The notes below the pieces were generated by a model, which saw only the letters and a program-made list of their open reading frames with translations, had not been told where the DNA came from and did not search any database. Both the position numbers and the translations under genes were made by a program. A DNA stretch of 64,000 bases from Dehalococcoidia bacterium (lineage in GTDB: Bacteria > Chloroflexota > Dehalococcoidia > Bin125): the NCBI GenBank assembly GCA_963555985.3, contig OY820591.1, forward strand, positions 3,008,001-3,072,000. Direction: 5' to 3'. Positions 38,214 through 47,938 of the stretch are shown here, one piece after another (within the stretch, counting starts at the first letter, position 1; the number at the start of each line of letters is the position of its first letter).

Positions 38214-38504
38214 CTAGTCGTCGACGTCGTACCGGTGCAGGACCGGGCGTCCTGTCAGAAACTCTCGGATTCCCGCCATCCCCGCCATTGCCTGCGAGGT
38301 TCCGTGCGCGGTCAGGTCTGCTTCCGTGGCCCAGTTCTCGAAGAGCAGGTAGCGCGTGCCGTCATCGACGCTGCGGAAGAGGTCGTAGTTGTTGCAGCCG
38401 GCGTCTTCCGCCTTGACCTTGGCGGTCGCTCCCGCCATGAAGGTCTCAAAGGCCTCGTTCTGGCCTTCCCCGATCGTGAATTCGACGGTCAATCCGATAG
38501 CCAT
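38214..38504 (-). CDS. Antibiotic biosynthesis monooxygenase (ABM) domain protein
   Basis: AEDAGCNNYDLFRS..RYLLFENW....L.AH. Confidence 0.85.
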   Translation of the reverse strand: MAIGLTVEFTIGEGQNEAFETFMAGATAKVKAEDAGCNNYDLFRSVDDGTRYLLFENWATEADLTAHGTSQAMAGMAGIREFLTGRPVLHRYDVDD

Positions 38505-38575
38505 GCGGTACTCCCTCTGCGTTTGCTGAGACTGTCAAGCGGCTGCGCGAATAATAGCGGTCTATGCTGCGAGCC

Positions 38576-39397
38576 ATGCTGGAATTGCTGCGGATGGACG
38601 GCAAGCGGGCGATCGTGACCGGGGCCGGTCGCGGTCTGGGCCGTCAGATGGCGCTGCATCTCGCCGACGCGGGCGCTGATGTGGTCTGCGCAGCCCGCAC
38701 CGAAGCCCAGATCGCCTCAGTCGCCGCAGAGATCGAGGCGCGAGGACGCAAAGCGCTCGTGATCCCCACCGACGTCACCGATTCCTCGCAGGTGGACGCG
38801 CTAGTTGACCGCACAATTGCTGAATGGGGCGGTTTCGAGGTGATGATCGCGAATGCTGGCGGCGGCGGCTCGTCCGCCGGCAAACACGTGACCCAAGTCT
38901 CGGACGCCGACTGGCGCGACACGGTTGACATCAATTTCTCCAGTGCCTTTTACTGCGCCCGCGCCGCCGCCCGTCATTTCCAAGAGCGCGGCGGCGGCAA
39001 CATCATCACGGTCGCCTCGGGCACCGCCCTGCGCGGCGACGCGCGGCTGATCGTCTACGGCGCGGCTAAGGCGGGCGTGATCACGCTCACGCAGGCGCTC
39101 GCTACCCAGCTCGCGCGTGAGCAGATCCGCGTCAACTGCATCGTGCCCGGCTTTGTGCTCCAGCGAACCCTGCATGAATCCGAAGAGATCGAGCTAGCCC
39201 GCAATCAGGGATCACGCATTCCGGTTGGTCGCGTGGGTGAAGCGTGGGAGTTGGGGCCGCTGGCGGTCTACCTCGCCTCCGACGCATCGGCCTACGTCAC
39301 CGGCGAGGCGTTCGTGATCGACGGCGGCGGCTTAGCCGGAGGTCTGGCTCCAACCGGTTGGGACATCACCAGCGGGATTGGCGGAGTATCGAGATGA
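38576..39397 (+). CDS. SDR oxidoreductase (intact catalytic motifs)
   Basis: TGAGRGLG, ANAG, catalytic S, YGAAK. Confidence 0.93.
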   Translation: MLELLRMDGKRAIVTGAGRGLGRQMALHLADAGADVVCAARTEAQIASVAAEIEARGRKALVIPTDVTDSSQVDALVDRTIAEWGGFEVMIANAGGGGSSAGKHVTQVSDADWRDTVDINFSSAFYCARAAARHFQERGGGNIITVASGTALRGDARLIVYGAAKAGVITLTQALATQLAREQIRVNCIVPGFVLQRTLHESEEIELARNQGSRIPVGRVGEAWELGPLAVYLASDASAYVTGEAFVIDGGGLAGGLAPTGWDITSGIGGVSR

Positions 39398-40188
39398 GCG
39401 ATCGCAATCCGCTGCCGCCGCCCGCAGTGGCCGCAGGCAAACTGCAAGGCTTTGACCTGAGCGGACGGCGCGTGATCGTCTACGGAGCCGAGCGTCCCGC
39501 CGCCGCTGCTGCGGTCGAAGCCTTGCGGGAGGCGGGAGCGCTGGTCGGCGTGACCAGCGCCGCCACCGACGGCACATCGCTCTTCCGGCTCAAGAAAGCC
39601 GCAGCCGGCGGCCCCACCGAAGCCGTGGATCTCGCCAACGGCACCAATGTGCAAGTGGCGACGCGCAAACTGAGCAAGGAGCTCGGCGGCCTCGACGCGG
39701 CGATCGTCGCGCCCGGCCTCTGGCACACCGGCCCGATCACGAAGACGCTCGATGCCGATGTCCAGCGCGTGCTGGCCGCCAATCTGGGCGGGGTCTACGC
39801 CGCCTTCCGCAGCGCCAGCCGTGAGTTTCGCGGCGGCCCCGGCCGTCTGCTCGCGCTGCTTGACGCGCCCGCCGTCAGAGGCCTCACCAACCTCAGTCTC
39901 TACGCCGCCTCCCAGGCAGGCGTGATCGGCCTCGTGCGCGCGCTGAGCCAGGAACACGCCCCCAACGGGATCACGGTCAACGCGATCGTCAGCGGTTGGA
40001 CGGATGCGAGCGTGGGCCGAGGCCCGACCGCGGTCGAGGACAACCTGCTGCTGCGCTTCATCCCCTTGCGCCGCTTCGGAACGGGGGAGGACGTAGCGCC
40101 GCTGGCGGTCTATCTGGTGGGCGGGGCAAGCGGCTACGTGACGGGTCAGGTGTTCCAGGTGGACGGCGGGGTCTTGAAGCATCTGTAG
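39394..40188 (+). CDS. SDR-fold protein with degenerate motifs
   Basis: ATGA overlap; YGAERPAA instead of TGxxxGxG; YAASQ instead of YxxxK; IPLRRFG..VTGQVFQVDGG. Confidence 0.85.
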   Translation: MSDRNPLPPPAVAAGKLQGFDLSGRRVIVYGAERPAAAAAVEALREAGALVGVTSAATDGTSLFRLKKAAAGGPTEAVDLANGTNVQVATRKLSKELGGLDAAIVAPGLWHTGPITKTLDADVQRVLAANLGGVYAAFRSASREFRGGPGRLLALLDAPAVRGLTNLSLYAASQAGVIGLVRALSQEHAPNGITVNAIVSGWTDASVGRGPTAVEDNLLLRFIPLRRFGTGEDVAPLAVYLVGGASGYVTGQVFQVDGGVLKHL

Positions 40189-40295
40189 ACCGTCAAAGGC
40201 GACCTGGATTCGATCCCGATCCAGTCGTTATCGCGCACGCAAAACAAAGGATATGACGTAAACTTATTCTCGCTGCGTGATCGGACAAAGGAACT

Positions 40296-41495
40296 ATGCG
40301 CGGTCGTCTAGTGCATCAGGTCTGGCAGAGCGAGCCGTCCTCCCTTGCGCCCCGGCGCTTCCGTCGGGAGTGCGGCTACGAAGCGTTCATCCCTGACTCG
40401 CTCGATGTGGCGCAATTTCGCTTGCCGATCGACGTCGCCGCAGATCTCGCTGACGCCGAGAGCGCGATCCAGCGGTTGCAGCAGCACGACGACCGCTTGC
40501 TCGATCCGCTCGCACACCTGCTCATGCGGACTGAGTCGATCGCATCGTCACGGATCGAAGGGATACAGGTCGACGCCCGTCAACTCGCCCGTGCGGAGGC
40601 CCGCTTGCGCGTCGGGCGGCGCGTTGGCGCCCAAGCCCGCGAAGTCATCGACAACATCGAAGCAATGCAGCTCGCAATTGGGGATGCGGCGAAGGTCGAA
40701 CAACTGAGCACTCGCGAGTTGCTCAGCGTCCATCACACGCTCATGCGGCGGCGATTGCAGTCCGCGGGCCGGATACGCACATCGCAGAACTGGATCAGCG
40801 GCAACGACTACAACCCGTGCGGCGCTGACTACGTGCCCCCACCCGCCGAGTACGTCGCTGAGTTGATGGATAACCTTTGCGCGTTCTGCAATTCCGACGA
40901 GGTTCCGCCGCTCTTTCAGGCAGCAGTCGCTCATGCACAATTTGAGACGATTCACCCATTCGAGGACGGCAATGGTCGTACCGGGCGCGCCCTCGTCCAC
41001 ATTTTGCTGCGGCGACGCGGGCTCGCGCCGAATATCGCGCCTCCGATCAGCGTGGCGCTCTCGCTCAACCGTCGTGCCTACATCGGCGGGCTGACCGCGT
41101 TCCGCGCCGATGACCTTGACACATGGCTGCTGCAGTTTGTCACCGCTGCGGGGCGAAGTGTGCAGCTTGCGGAGCATTACCGCGCGTCAGTGACCGAGCT
41201 GCTGACCGACTGGCGTCAGCGGCTGCGCGCCGGTGCGAATCCCCGCTCCGACGCGGCCGCCTGGATGATCATTGATGCGCTGCCGGCATATCCGGTCCTG
41301 AACCGCGCCGATGCGACTGACCTCACTGGACGCAGCCTGCCAGCAGTCGATCATGCGCTACGACAGCTTGAGACAGCGGGCGTACTGATTCCCGTGCGTC
41401 ACGACTCTCCCAGCCGCCGAAGCTGGGAGCCCGCTGGTCTCTTGGATCTCATCACCGCTCTTGAGTCGGGCGAGTCCATCGCGCCGCGAGCGTGA
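40296..41495 (+). CDS. Fic family protein
   Basis: ESIASSRIEG and canonical HPFEDGNGRTGR. Confidence 0.93.
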   Translation: MRGRLVHQVWQSEPSSLAPRRFRRECGYEAFIPDSLDVAQFRLPIDVAADLADAESAIQRLQQHDDRLLDPLAHLLMRTESIASSRIEGIQVDARQLARAEARLRVGRRVGAQAREVIDNIEAMQLAIGDAAKVEQLSTRELLSVHHTLMRRRLQSAGRIRTSQNWISGNDYNPCGADYVPPPAEYVAELMDNLCAFCNSDEVPPLFQAAVAHAQFETIHPFEDGNGRTGRALVHILLRRRGLAPNIAPPISVALSLNRRAYIGGLTAFRADDLDTWLLQFVTAAGRSVQLAEHYRASVTELLTDWRQRLRAGANPRSDAAAWMIIDALPAYPVLNRADATDLTGRSLPAVDHALRQLETAGVLIPVRHDSPSRRSWEPAGLLDLITALESGESIAPRA

Positions 41496-41549
41496 GCGAG
41501 TCCCTTAGACTGACCCCACCGACCTCTACTGATAGCCAGGAGACCCCTC

Positions 41550-42431
41550 ATGACCGACTTCGAGAACATCCTCTACGAGGTACGCGACCGTAAGGCCTAT
41601 GTGACGCTCAACCGACCAGAAAAGCTGAACGCCCTCTCGATCGCCCTCCAGGACGAACTCTCTGAGGCAATGTGGGAGGCGGACAACGACACCGGCGTCC
41701 ACTGCGTGATCCTCAGCGGGGCCGGACGCGCGTTCTCCGCCGGCTACGACCTGACCGGTTCGACCCGCGACTCGCAGGAGACCTACGACAAGGTCTACCG
41801 CGGCCGCGTCAGCTTCGACGACGACACCTGGGGCATGGAGAAGGCCCAGCGCGCGCGGATGGCCATCTTCGACATGCACAAGCCGGTGATCGGCAAGGTG
41901 CATGGCTACTGCCTCGCCGGCGGCACCGACCTCGTGCTGCTCTCGGACATCATCATCGCCGCCGAGGACGCCGTGATCGGCTTTCCGCCCGTCCGCGCGA
42001 TGGGCGCTCCGCCGGCGCACATGTGGCTCTACCACGGCGGGCCGCAGTTCGCCAAGCGGATGCTGCTGACCGGCGACTCAATCTCGGGCGCTGAAGCGGC
42101 GCGGCGCGGCCTGGTCTACGACGCGGTGCCCGCCGACCAGCTCAACGACACCGTCGAGGAACTCGCCGACAAGATGGCGATGATCGACCACGAGTTGCTT
42201 TCCGCGAACAAGCGGATCGTCAACCTCGGGCTCGAAATCATGGGCGCGCGCACGCTCCAGCGGCTCGCCTCCGAGAACGACGCCCGGGCTCACCTCGCGC
42301 CTGCCGTCCAGGAATTCGGCAAGATGTCGCGCGAGAAAGGCCTCAAAGCCGCGCTCGAATGGCGCGACAACAAGTTCGGCGACGGGCGTGGATCCACCGC
42401 AGCGCAGCAGCGCAAGGCGGCAGCGACGTAG
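41550..42431 (+). CDS. Crotonase/enoyl-CoA hydratase family
   Basis: VTLNRPEKLNAL, GRAFSAGYDL, KPVIGKVHGYCLAGG. Confidence 0.93.
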   Translation: MTDFENILYEVRDRKAYVTLNRPEKLNALSIALQDELSEAMWEADNDTGVHCVILSGAGRAFSAGYDLTGSTRDSQETYDKVYRGRVSFDDDTWGMEKAQRARMAIFDMHKPVIGKVHGYCLAGGTDLVLLSDIIIAAEDAVIGFPPVRAMGAPPAHMWLYHGGPQFAKRMLLTGDSISGAEAARRGLVYDAVPADQLNDTVEELADKMAMIDHELLSANKRIVNLGLEIMGARTLQRLASENDARAHLAPAVQEFGKMSREKGLKAALEWRDNKFGDGRGSTAAQQRKAAAT

Positions 42432-42437
42432 GTCATC

Positions 42438-43244
42438 ATGGCTACTCCCGACCGATTCCGACTCGACGGTCAGGTCGTCCTGCTCACCGGAGCAGGACGC
42501 GGCCTCGGCCGCGCCATGGCAATGTCCTATGCCGACGCCGGGGCCAAGGTCGCCGGCGCCTCGCGTACGTTGTCGCAGCTTGAAGAGACCGCCGCCCTCG
42601 TCGCCGAACGCGGCGGCGAGGCGATTTCGATCGCCACCGACGTCACCGACCCGCAGGCCGTCCAGGCGATGGTCGACGCCACGCTTGATCACTTCGGGCG
42701 CGTCGACATCCTGATCAACAACGCCGGCGGCGGCGCTGAGGGCGATGGCTCGCCGCTGGAGCAACTGACCGACGAGCAGTGGCGCTGGGGCATCGACATG
42801 AACCTCACCTCGCAGATGCTCTGCGCCCGCGCCGTCCTCCCCCACATGACCGAGCGCGGCTCGGGCGTGATCATCAACGTCGCCAGCGGGTTCGGTCTGC
42901 GCGGCGGCCGCGACAACTGGATGTACGTCTCGGCCAAGGCTGGCGTGGTCAACCTCACGCGCTCGCTGGCGGTGACGTATGGTCCCGCCGGCGTCCGCAC
43001 CAACTGCATCGCGCCTGGCATCTTCCCTCACACCGAGCAGGCGCTCGCGCGTTGGCGCGGCGGACGCTTCATCCCCGTCGGGCGCGTGGGACTGGCCTGG
43101 GAGATGGGCCCGCTCGCGGTCTTCCTCTCCTCCGACGCCGCCGCCGGCATCAACGGCGAGACGATCGCCCAGGACGGCGGCGGACTCGCCATGATCGGCC
43201 CGACCGGATGGGCCCCGAACGTCCCTCTCACGGAGCCGGTCTGA
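42438..43244 (+). CDS. SDR oxidoreductase (intact catalytic motifs)
   Basis: TGAGRGLG, NNAG, YVSAK. Confidence 0.93.
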   Translation: MATPDRFRLDGQVVLLTGAGRGLGRAMAMSYADAGAKVAGASRTLSQLEETAALVAERGGEAISIATDVTDPQAVQAMVDATLDHFGRVDILINNAGGGAEGDGSPLEQLTDEQWRWGIDMNLTSQMLCARAVLPHMTERGSGVIINVASGFGLRGGRDNWMYVSAKAGVVNLTRSLAVTYGPAGVRTNCIAPGIFPHTEQALARWRGGRFIPVGRVGLAWEMGPLAVFLSSDAAAGINGETIAQDGGGLAMIGPTGWAPNVPLTEPV

Positions 43245-44050
43245 TGCCCGACGAATTTGTACCCACTCCCAATCCCGAGCCGGCCGACGATCCGTTCCGC
43301 CTGAGCGGACGCGCGGGGCTCGTGGTCGGCGCGGGCGACCCGCTCGGGCGCGCCGCTGCGGTTGCTCTCGCTGAAGCCGGCGCGGATGTCGCCGTCGCCA
43401 GTCTGCGCGCCGGACCGCAAGAGGTCATGCGGGTCAACTCAGTCGCCAACGAGGTCTGGTCGCTGGGACGCGGCAATGCCGCAATCACGCTCGATGCAAC
43501 CTCTCCCGCCAGCGTCGATGCAGCCGTCGGGCGGGTGCTCTCCGAGTTCGGGCGGCTCGACATCCTCGTCAACGCTGCCGATCTCGTGGCCGCGGCTCCG
43601 CTCGAAGCACTCTCACCGGCCGACTGGGATGCCATTCTCGGCGCGAACCTGATCGGCCCGGCGCTCGTCGCGCGAGCCGCCGCCGCCCCGATGAAAGAAG
43701 TCGGCTACGGACGGATCATTAATCTGGTCAGTGTGCTCGCCGCGCGCGGCGTCGCCAACACCACCGCCTACGCCGCCGCGCACGGCGGCTTGCTCTCACT
43801 GAGCCGTGCGCTCTCCCAGGAGTGGGCGCGAACCGGCATCACGGTGAACACAATCCAGGTCGGCATCTACGAGGGTCAACACGGCTTCGGCGAGGGCGAC
43901 GCAGCCCAATCCGTCTCGCGGATGCTCCCCGCCAAAGCGCTCGTCAAGCCCGCCGACGTCGGCGCAGCGGTCGTCGGGCTGGCCTCCGACAGCGGTTTCA
44001 TCACCGGCGAAACTCTCGCGGTTGACGGCGCCGCCACCGCCCGCGTCTGA
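43244..44050 (+). CDS. SDR-fold protein with degenerate motifs
   Basis: TGATG overlap; VGAGDPLG; YAAAH instead of YxxxK; ITGETLAVDG. Confidence 0.85.
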   Translation: MPDEFVPTPNPEPADDPFRLSGRAGLVVGAGDPLGRAAAVALAEAGADVAVASLRAGPQEVMRVNSVANEVWSLGRGNAAITLDATSPASVDAAVGRVLSEFGRLDILVNAADLVAAAPLEALSPADWDAILGANLIGPALVARAAAAPMKEVGYGRIINLVSVLAARGVANTTAYAAAHGGLLSLSRALSQEWARTGITVNTIQVGIYEGQHGFGEGDAAQSVSRMLPAKALVKPADVGAAVVGLASDSGFITGETLAVDGAATARV

Positions 44051-44091
44051 GCTGGAATTCGATACGCTCATTCCCTGAGGGGTGGTTCCGT

Positions 44092-44652
44092 ATGGGCCAG
44101 ATGATGGAGTTCGCCTTCGAAGAGCATCGGATCGCCGATGCAGCCTGTTATTTGCTATCGCGCTATGACGGGCCGATGTCCTATCTGAAACTGTCCAAAC
44201 TGTTGTATCTCGCCGATCGCAAGTCGCTGCTTGCGCAAGGTGCGACCGTCACTCGTGATCGCTTGGTTGCGCTGGCGGACGGCCCAGCAGTAGAGCAAGT
44301 GCTGAAGCTGGCAAGGGGGCACGAACTGCCTGCGAACTCGTGTTGGCCTCAACATGTCACGCCGTCCGAGCACGGCTGCGTTGGCGCAGTTGGTCATGGG
44401 GAATTGGGTTGGCTGCCGGAGTTCTCGCGGCGCATGATCAACGAGGTCATGGCTGAATACGGCTCGCTGACCGACGCCGAATTGATCGAACTCACCCGCG
44501 GGCTTCCGGAATGGGAAGCGCCGCAGGCCGGCTCGTGTCTGATCGATCCGGCGGCGATCATGCGGTTGGAAGGTGTACCGGAAGAAGACATCGCCGAGGC
44601 GGCCAGTCTTGCCGCAGCGCACCTGGAGTTGATGCTGACCGTGAGGGAATGA
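44092..44652 (+). CDS. Panacea (SocA/DUF4065) domain antitoxin
   Basis: MSYLKLSKLLYLADR, DGPA, YGSLTDAELIELTR.LPEW. Confidence 0.8.
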   Translation: MGQMMEFAFEEHRIADAACYLLSRYDGPMSYLKLSKLLYLADRKSLLAQGATVTRDRLVALADGPAVEQVLKLARGHELPANSCWPQHVTPSEHGCVGAVGHGELGWLPEFSRRMINEVMAEYGSLTDAELIELTRGLPEWEAPQAGSCLIDPAAIMRLEGVPEEDIAEAASLAAAHLELMLTVRE

Positions 44653-45044
44653 TCAGGATCGGTGATACCTTCTTTGGCTCAGTCTTTGGCCGTGACCCCG
44701 ATGGCCACCTCTGGGTCGTCATCAGCGAACCCACGCCTGAAGGCTGGATCGCAGTCGTGAACGTGACCACGCACCGTCCGGGCCGCCTTTGGCATGACGA
44801 GTCTTGCGTCCTCGTGCGCCCCGGCGACCATCCCTTTCTTGTGCGCGAGAGTTGCATCGCCTACCTCTACGCCGACCTGACGATGGTCGCGGAGCTTGAG
44901 CGCAAGCTCGGGCATGAACTCGATCCGCGCGAGCCTGTTCCGCAGCGGCAGTTACAGCGAATTCAAGACGGTGCGCTGGCCTCCCTCAATGTGGCGCCCA
45001 ACGTCAAGTCTGTCATCCGCGCGAGTCGTGAAGCGGATTCGTAG
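44649..45044 (+). CDS. Putative toxin, PemK/MazF-like fold
   Basis: ATGA overlap with antitoxin; IGDTF..HLWVVIS..VVNVTT..GDHPFL.RES.I.Y. Confidence 0.6.
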   Translation: MIRIGDTFFGSVFGRDPDGHLWVVISEPTPEGWIAVVNVTTHRPGRLWHDESCVLVRPGDHPFLVRESCIAYLYADLTMVAELERKLGHELDPREPVPQRQLQRIQDGALASLNVAPNVKSVIRASREADS

Positions 45045-45069
45045 CTGATCCGCCGATTCCTCTCGCCGT

Positions 45070-46458
45070 TCACTCCCCCGACAGCGCCTCAATCACCGCC
45101 TGACGCTCAGACTCACCGCCCCTCGGGGGAATGCTGAAGCCGCCCGAGATATCGACATCGTGCCAGTCCGCTGCAGCTCGAACCGCGTCAACGTCCAGGT
45201 CTTCGCTGTAGCGTTCCCAGATCACGAGCAAACGCTCGATGAAGCGCGGGCCATGCCTGGGCGCGAGATAGTACCGGCTCGCTGCATCCAGCTCCGCCGA
45301 GAGGCGAAGCATCGCGTGCGCGGCTTCGTGCAGCACGACGGCCGCGGTCATGCCGGCCGGAGCCAATTCGATCGTGTGCGATTCCGAGTTGTACATGCCG
45401 ATGTAATCCGTATCGCTCGGCGCGGCGGCGACGGCCGGCGGTTCCGTCGTGTCGCCGTAGAAATCCCGATAGAGCGCCTGCACGATCCGTGCAGCCTGAC
45501 CCATTGTGATTCGCTCCGACCAGCGCGGCGGCAGGTGGTTTGCGACCACTTCCTGCTCCCAGTCGTAGCTCTGGTACTGCTGGTTGTCGACCGGGTCGTC
45601 CGGCTCCGGTGGGTGTGCGACCCAGAGCACCCAGCGCAGGCGCGTTCCGGCGGCGTCGCAGCCGCCCGCCTCCTGCTCCTGCTGCCAGACGCTGTGGAAA
45701 CCGTGCAGCAATCGAACCTCTCCGCATTGGTTTTCCAGCAGCGCGCCGTCCACTGCCGCGCTGACGTTGCCCTCCACGACTCTTGCTTCCAATACTCCGC
45801 CTTCGCTGTGATACGGGATCGCCAGCGTCGTGCCCGCCTGCCACGCGCGCTCGTCAGCCCGATCGAGGTCGCAGATTCTCCCCGCCGAGAGTGAGCGCCA
45901 GTCGCCGCGGCCGCTCGCTTCGGGGCGCAGGTCGAGCCTCAATTCGGCGCAAGCGCCCTCGATCCGCAGGGCCGCCCGGAGCAGCATCGGCCTCGAATCG
46001 CCGGGCGTGATCTCGAACTGCGGCCCCGTGTCTGTGCAGCCTGCGGCGGCTGTGGGCGCGGCTACGGTCAGCTTCGACTCGGCACCGACGCCAAGTAGCA
46101 GGACGCCGCACTCAGGCTCGACCGCCTGACGCGACGCTCCTTCCAAGCCGAAGCCGGCCCCGCCTGCCCCGATCCTGACCACGCCGAGCGCCTCAACTGC
46201 AACTTCCGAACTCTCCCACCAACCCTCCCCCGCGTCGGCGAGTTGCAACTCGTGCTTCTGCGGCAGCACACGCGCATATGAGACTGACTCGGAACCGCGA
46301 AATTCCAGGCCGACCGCCAGCGAATCTTCTCCCATACGGCTGACGACGACTCGCGCCTCAGCCGCCGATCCCGCATCCGGTACGGCGTCCCCGCCGCAGG
46401 CGACCGCGATCCCCAGGATCGCAATCAAGATCGCTCCAAGCGGCACGCGCCTAAGCAC
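45070..46458 (-). CDS. Lipoprotein with C-terminal HEXXH zinc-metalloprotease-like domain
   Basis: Lipobox AVAC-GG; VVLHEAAH ... HGPRF. Confidence 0.7.
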   Translation of the reverse strand: MLRRVPLGAILIAILGIAVACGGDAVPDAGSAAEARVVVSRMGEDSLAVGLEFRGSESVSYARVLPQKHELQLADAGEGWWESSEVAVEALGVVRIGAGGAGFGLEGASRQAVEPECGVLLLGVGAESKLTVAAPTAAAGCTDTGPQFEITPGDSRPMLLRAALRIEGACAELRLDLRPEASGRGDWRSLSAGRICDLDRADERAWQAGTTLAIPYHSEGGVLEARVVEGNVSAAVDGALLENQCGEVRLLHGFHSVWQQEQEAGGCDAAGTRLRWVLWVAHPPEPDDPVDNQQYQSYDWEQEVVANHLPPRWSERITMGQAARIVQALYRDFYGDTTEPPAVAAAPSDTDYIGMYNSESHTIELAPAGMTAAVVLHEAAHAMLRLSAELDAASRYYLAPRHGPRFIERLLVIWERYSEDLDVDAVRAAADWHDVDISGGFSIPPRGGESERQAVIEALSGE

Positions 46459-46522
46459 CGACTGCCTCCGTCCCTCCGACAGTTACCCTAATCCCGAACG
46501 CCCACCTACGGAGATGACGCAC

Positions 46523-47938
46523 ATGGCTCTGCCCACCGATTCCTGGGGACACCCGCTGACCGCCAATCCCGCCGCCGCTGAGGCCTACCGCGACGGTGTC
46601 GACCGGATGCTCGCCTACCTGCCCGAGGTGGAGGAATCGCTGGAGCGCGCGATCGAGCTCGATCCCAGCTTCGCGCTGCCCCATAGCCAACTCGGACTCT
46701 TCTATCTCTTCCGCGGCAACCCCAAGCGTGCCAGCGAACTCGCGGAGGAGGCAGCCAATCTCGCCGACCGCGCCAGCGAGCGTGAGCGCAGCCATGTCGC
46801 CATCCTCGGCGCGAGCGTGCGCGGTCAAGGCTCCAAAGCGCCCGAATGGATTGACCAACATCTGCGCGACTATCCCAGCGACGCACCCGTTTTAATGCAG
46901 TGGTTCGGAGCCAACTTCTACAACGGCGGACCGAACAAGCGCGAGCGGATGCTCGAACAGTTCGACCGGCTCGCCCCGCACTACGGCGACGACTGGTGGT
47001 TCCTCGGCTGGCACGCCTTCGCCAACCACGAGTCCGACCAGCTCGAAATCGCACGTGTGCTGGTCGAACGCAGCGCCGAACTGCGCCGCGAAAACGGTCA
47101 GGCCGCCCATGCAATGGCGCACGTCTTCTTCGAGGAGCACGATGTCGAAGGCGGCTCCGGCTGGCTCGGCGACTGGCTGACCGATCATCCCCACCGCGCC
47201 GGCTTCCACCGCCATCTCACCTGGCACCAGGCCCTCTTCCTGCTCGCCAACGGACGCCGCAGCGACGCGCTCGAACTGCACGACGACATCATCCGCCCCG
47301 GCGCTGACCCGCACGGCGACGCGCTCGGCGGCGTCGCCGATTCCGCCTCCTTGCTCTGGCGCTGCCGCCTCCACGACGGCGACGAAGCCTTCGACTGGCG
47401 AGCCATCGCCGATCTCGCCGACGGCGCATTCCCCAAGCCCGGCGTCGCCTGGGTCGACGTCCATCGCGCGATGGCGCTGGCGGCATTGGGAGACGAGGTC
47501 GGTCTGGGCAAGCTGCTCGACGGACTCTCCGAGGCCGCCAAGCGCGGACACGCCATCGCCGGCGAAGTCGTCGCCCCGACCGTAGAGGCGCTCTCCGCCT
47601 TCGGACAGGGCGACTACGCTACCGCCGCCGACGGTCTGGATGCCGTCCGCGATCGCCTGGTCGAACTCGGAGGCTCCAACGCCCAGCGCGACGTCTTCGA
47701 AGAAACCCTGGTCGAAGCCCACCTGAGAGCCAGGAATCTTGAGCGAGCGTTTGAACTGCTCAACGACCGCCTCAGTGGCGGCGCAACCGCGCGCGACCTC
47801 TTCCGCCTCGGCCGCGCCCAGACCGCGCAGGGTCAGCTCGAAGCCGCCAAAACCTCCTTCCGCCAAGCCCGAGACCTCTGGCAAGACGCCGATCCCAATG
47901 CCGCCGACGTCCAAGCCCTCCGCGAGGCCGCCGCATGA
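46523..47938 (+). CDS. TPR protein, TTC38-like
   Basis: AIELDPSFAL, AAHAMAHVFFE, HLTWHQAL, DSASLLWR, LGGSNAQRDVFEETL. Confidence 0.85.
   Translation: MALPTDSWGHPLTANPAAAEAYRDGVDRMLAYLPEVEESLERAIELDPSFALPHSQLGLFYLFRGNPKRASELAEEAANLADRASERERSHVAILGASVRGQGSKAPEWIDQHLRDYPSDAPVLMQWFGANFYNGGPNKRERMLEQFDRLAPHYGDDWWFLGWHAFANHESDQLEIARVLVERSAELRRENGQAAHAMAHVFFEEHDVEGGSGWLGDWLTDHPHRAGFHRHLTWHQALFLLANGRRSDALELHDDIIRPGADPHGDALGGVADSASLLWRCRLHDGDEAFDWRAIADLADGAFPKPGVAWVDVHRAMALAALGDEVGLGKLLDGLSEAAKRGHAIAGEVVAPTVEALSAFGQGDYATAADGLDAVRDRLVELGGSNAQRDVFEETLVEAHLRARNLERAFELLNDRLSGGATARDLFRLGRAQTAQGQLEAAKTSFRQARDLWQDADPNAADVQALREAAA

Noticed and set aside
38541-38572. dif-like site (TGCGCGAATAA-TAGCGG-TCTATGCTGCG) near the skew switch
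   Set aside because: XerD arm does not match TTATGTTAAAT; better explained as promoter sequence between divergent genes
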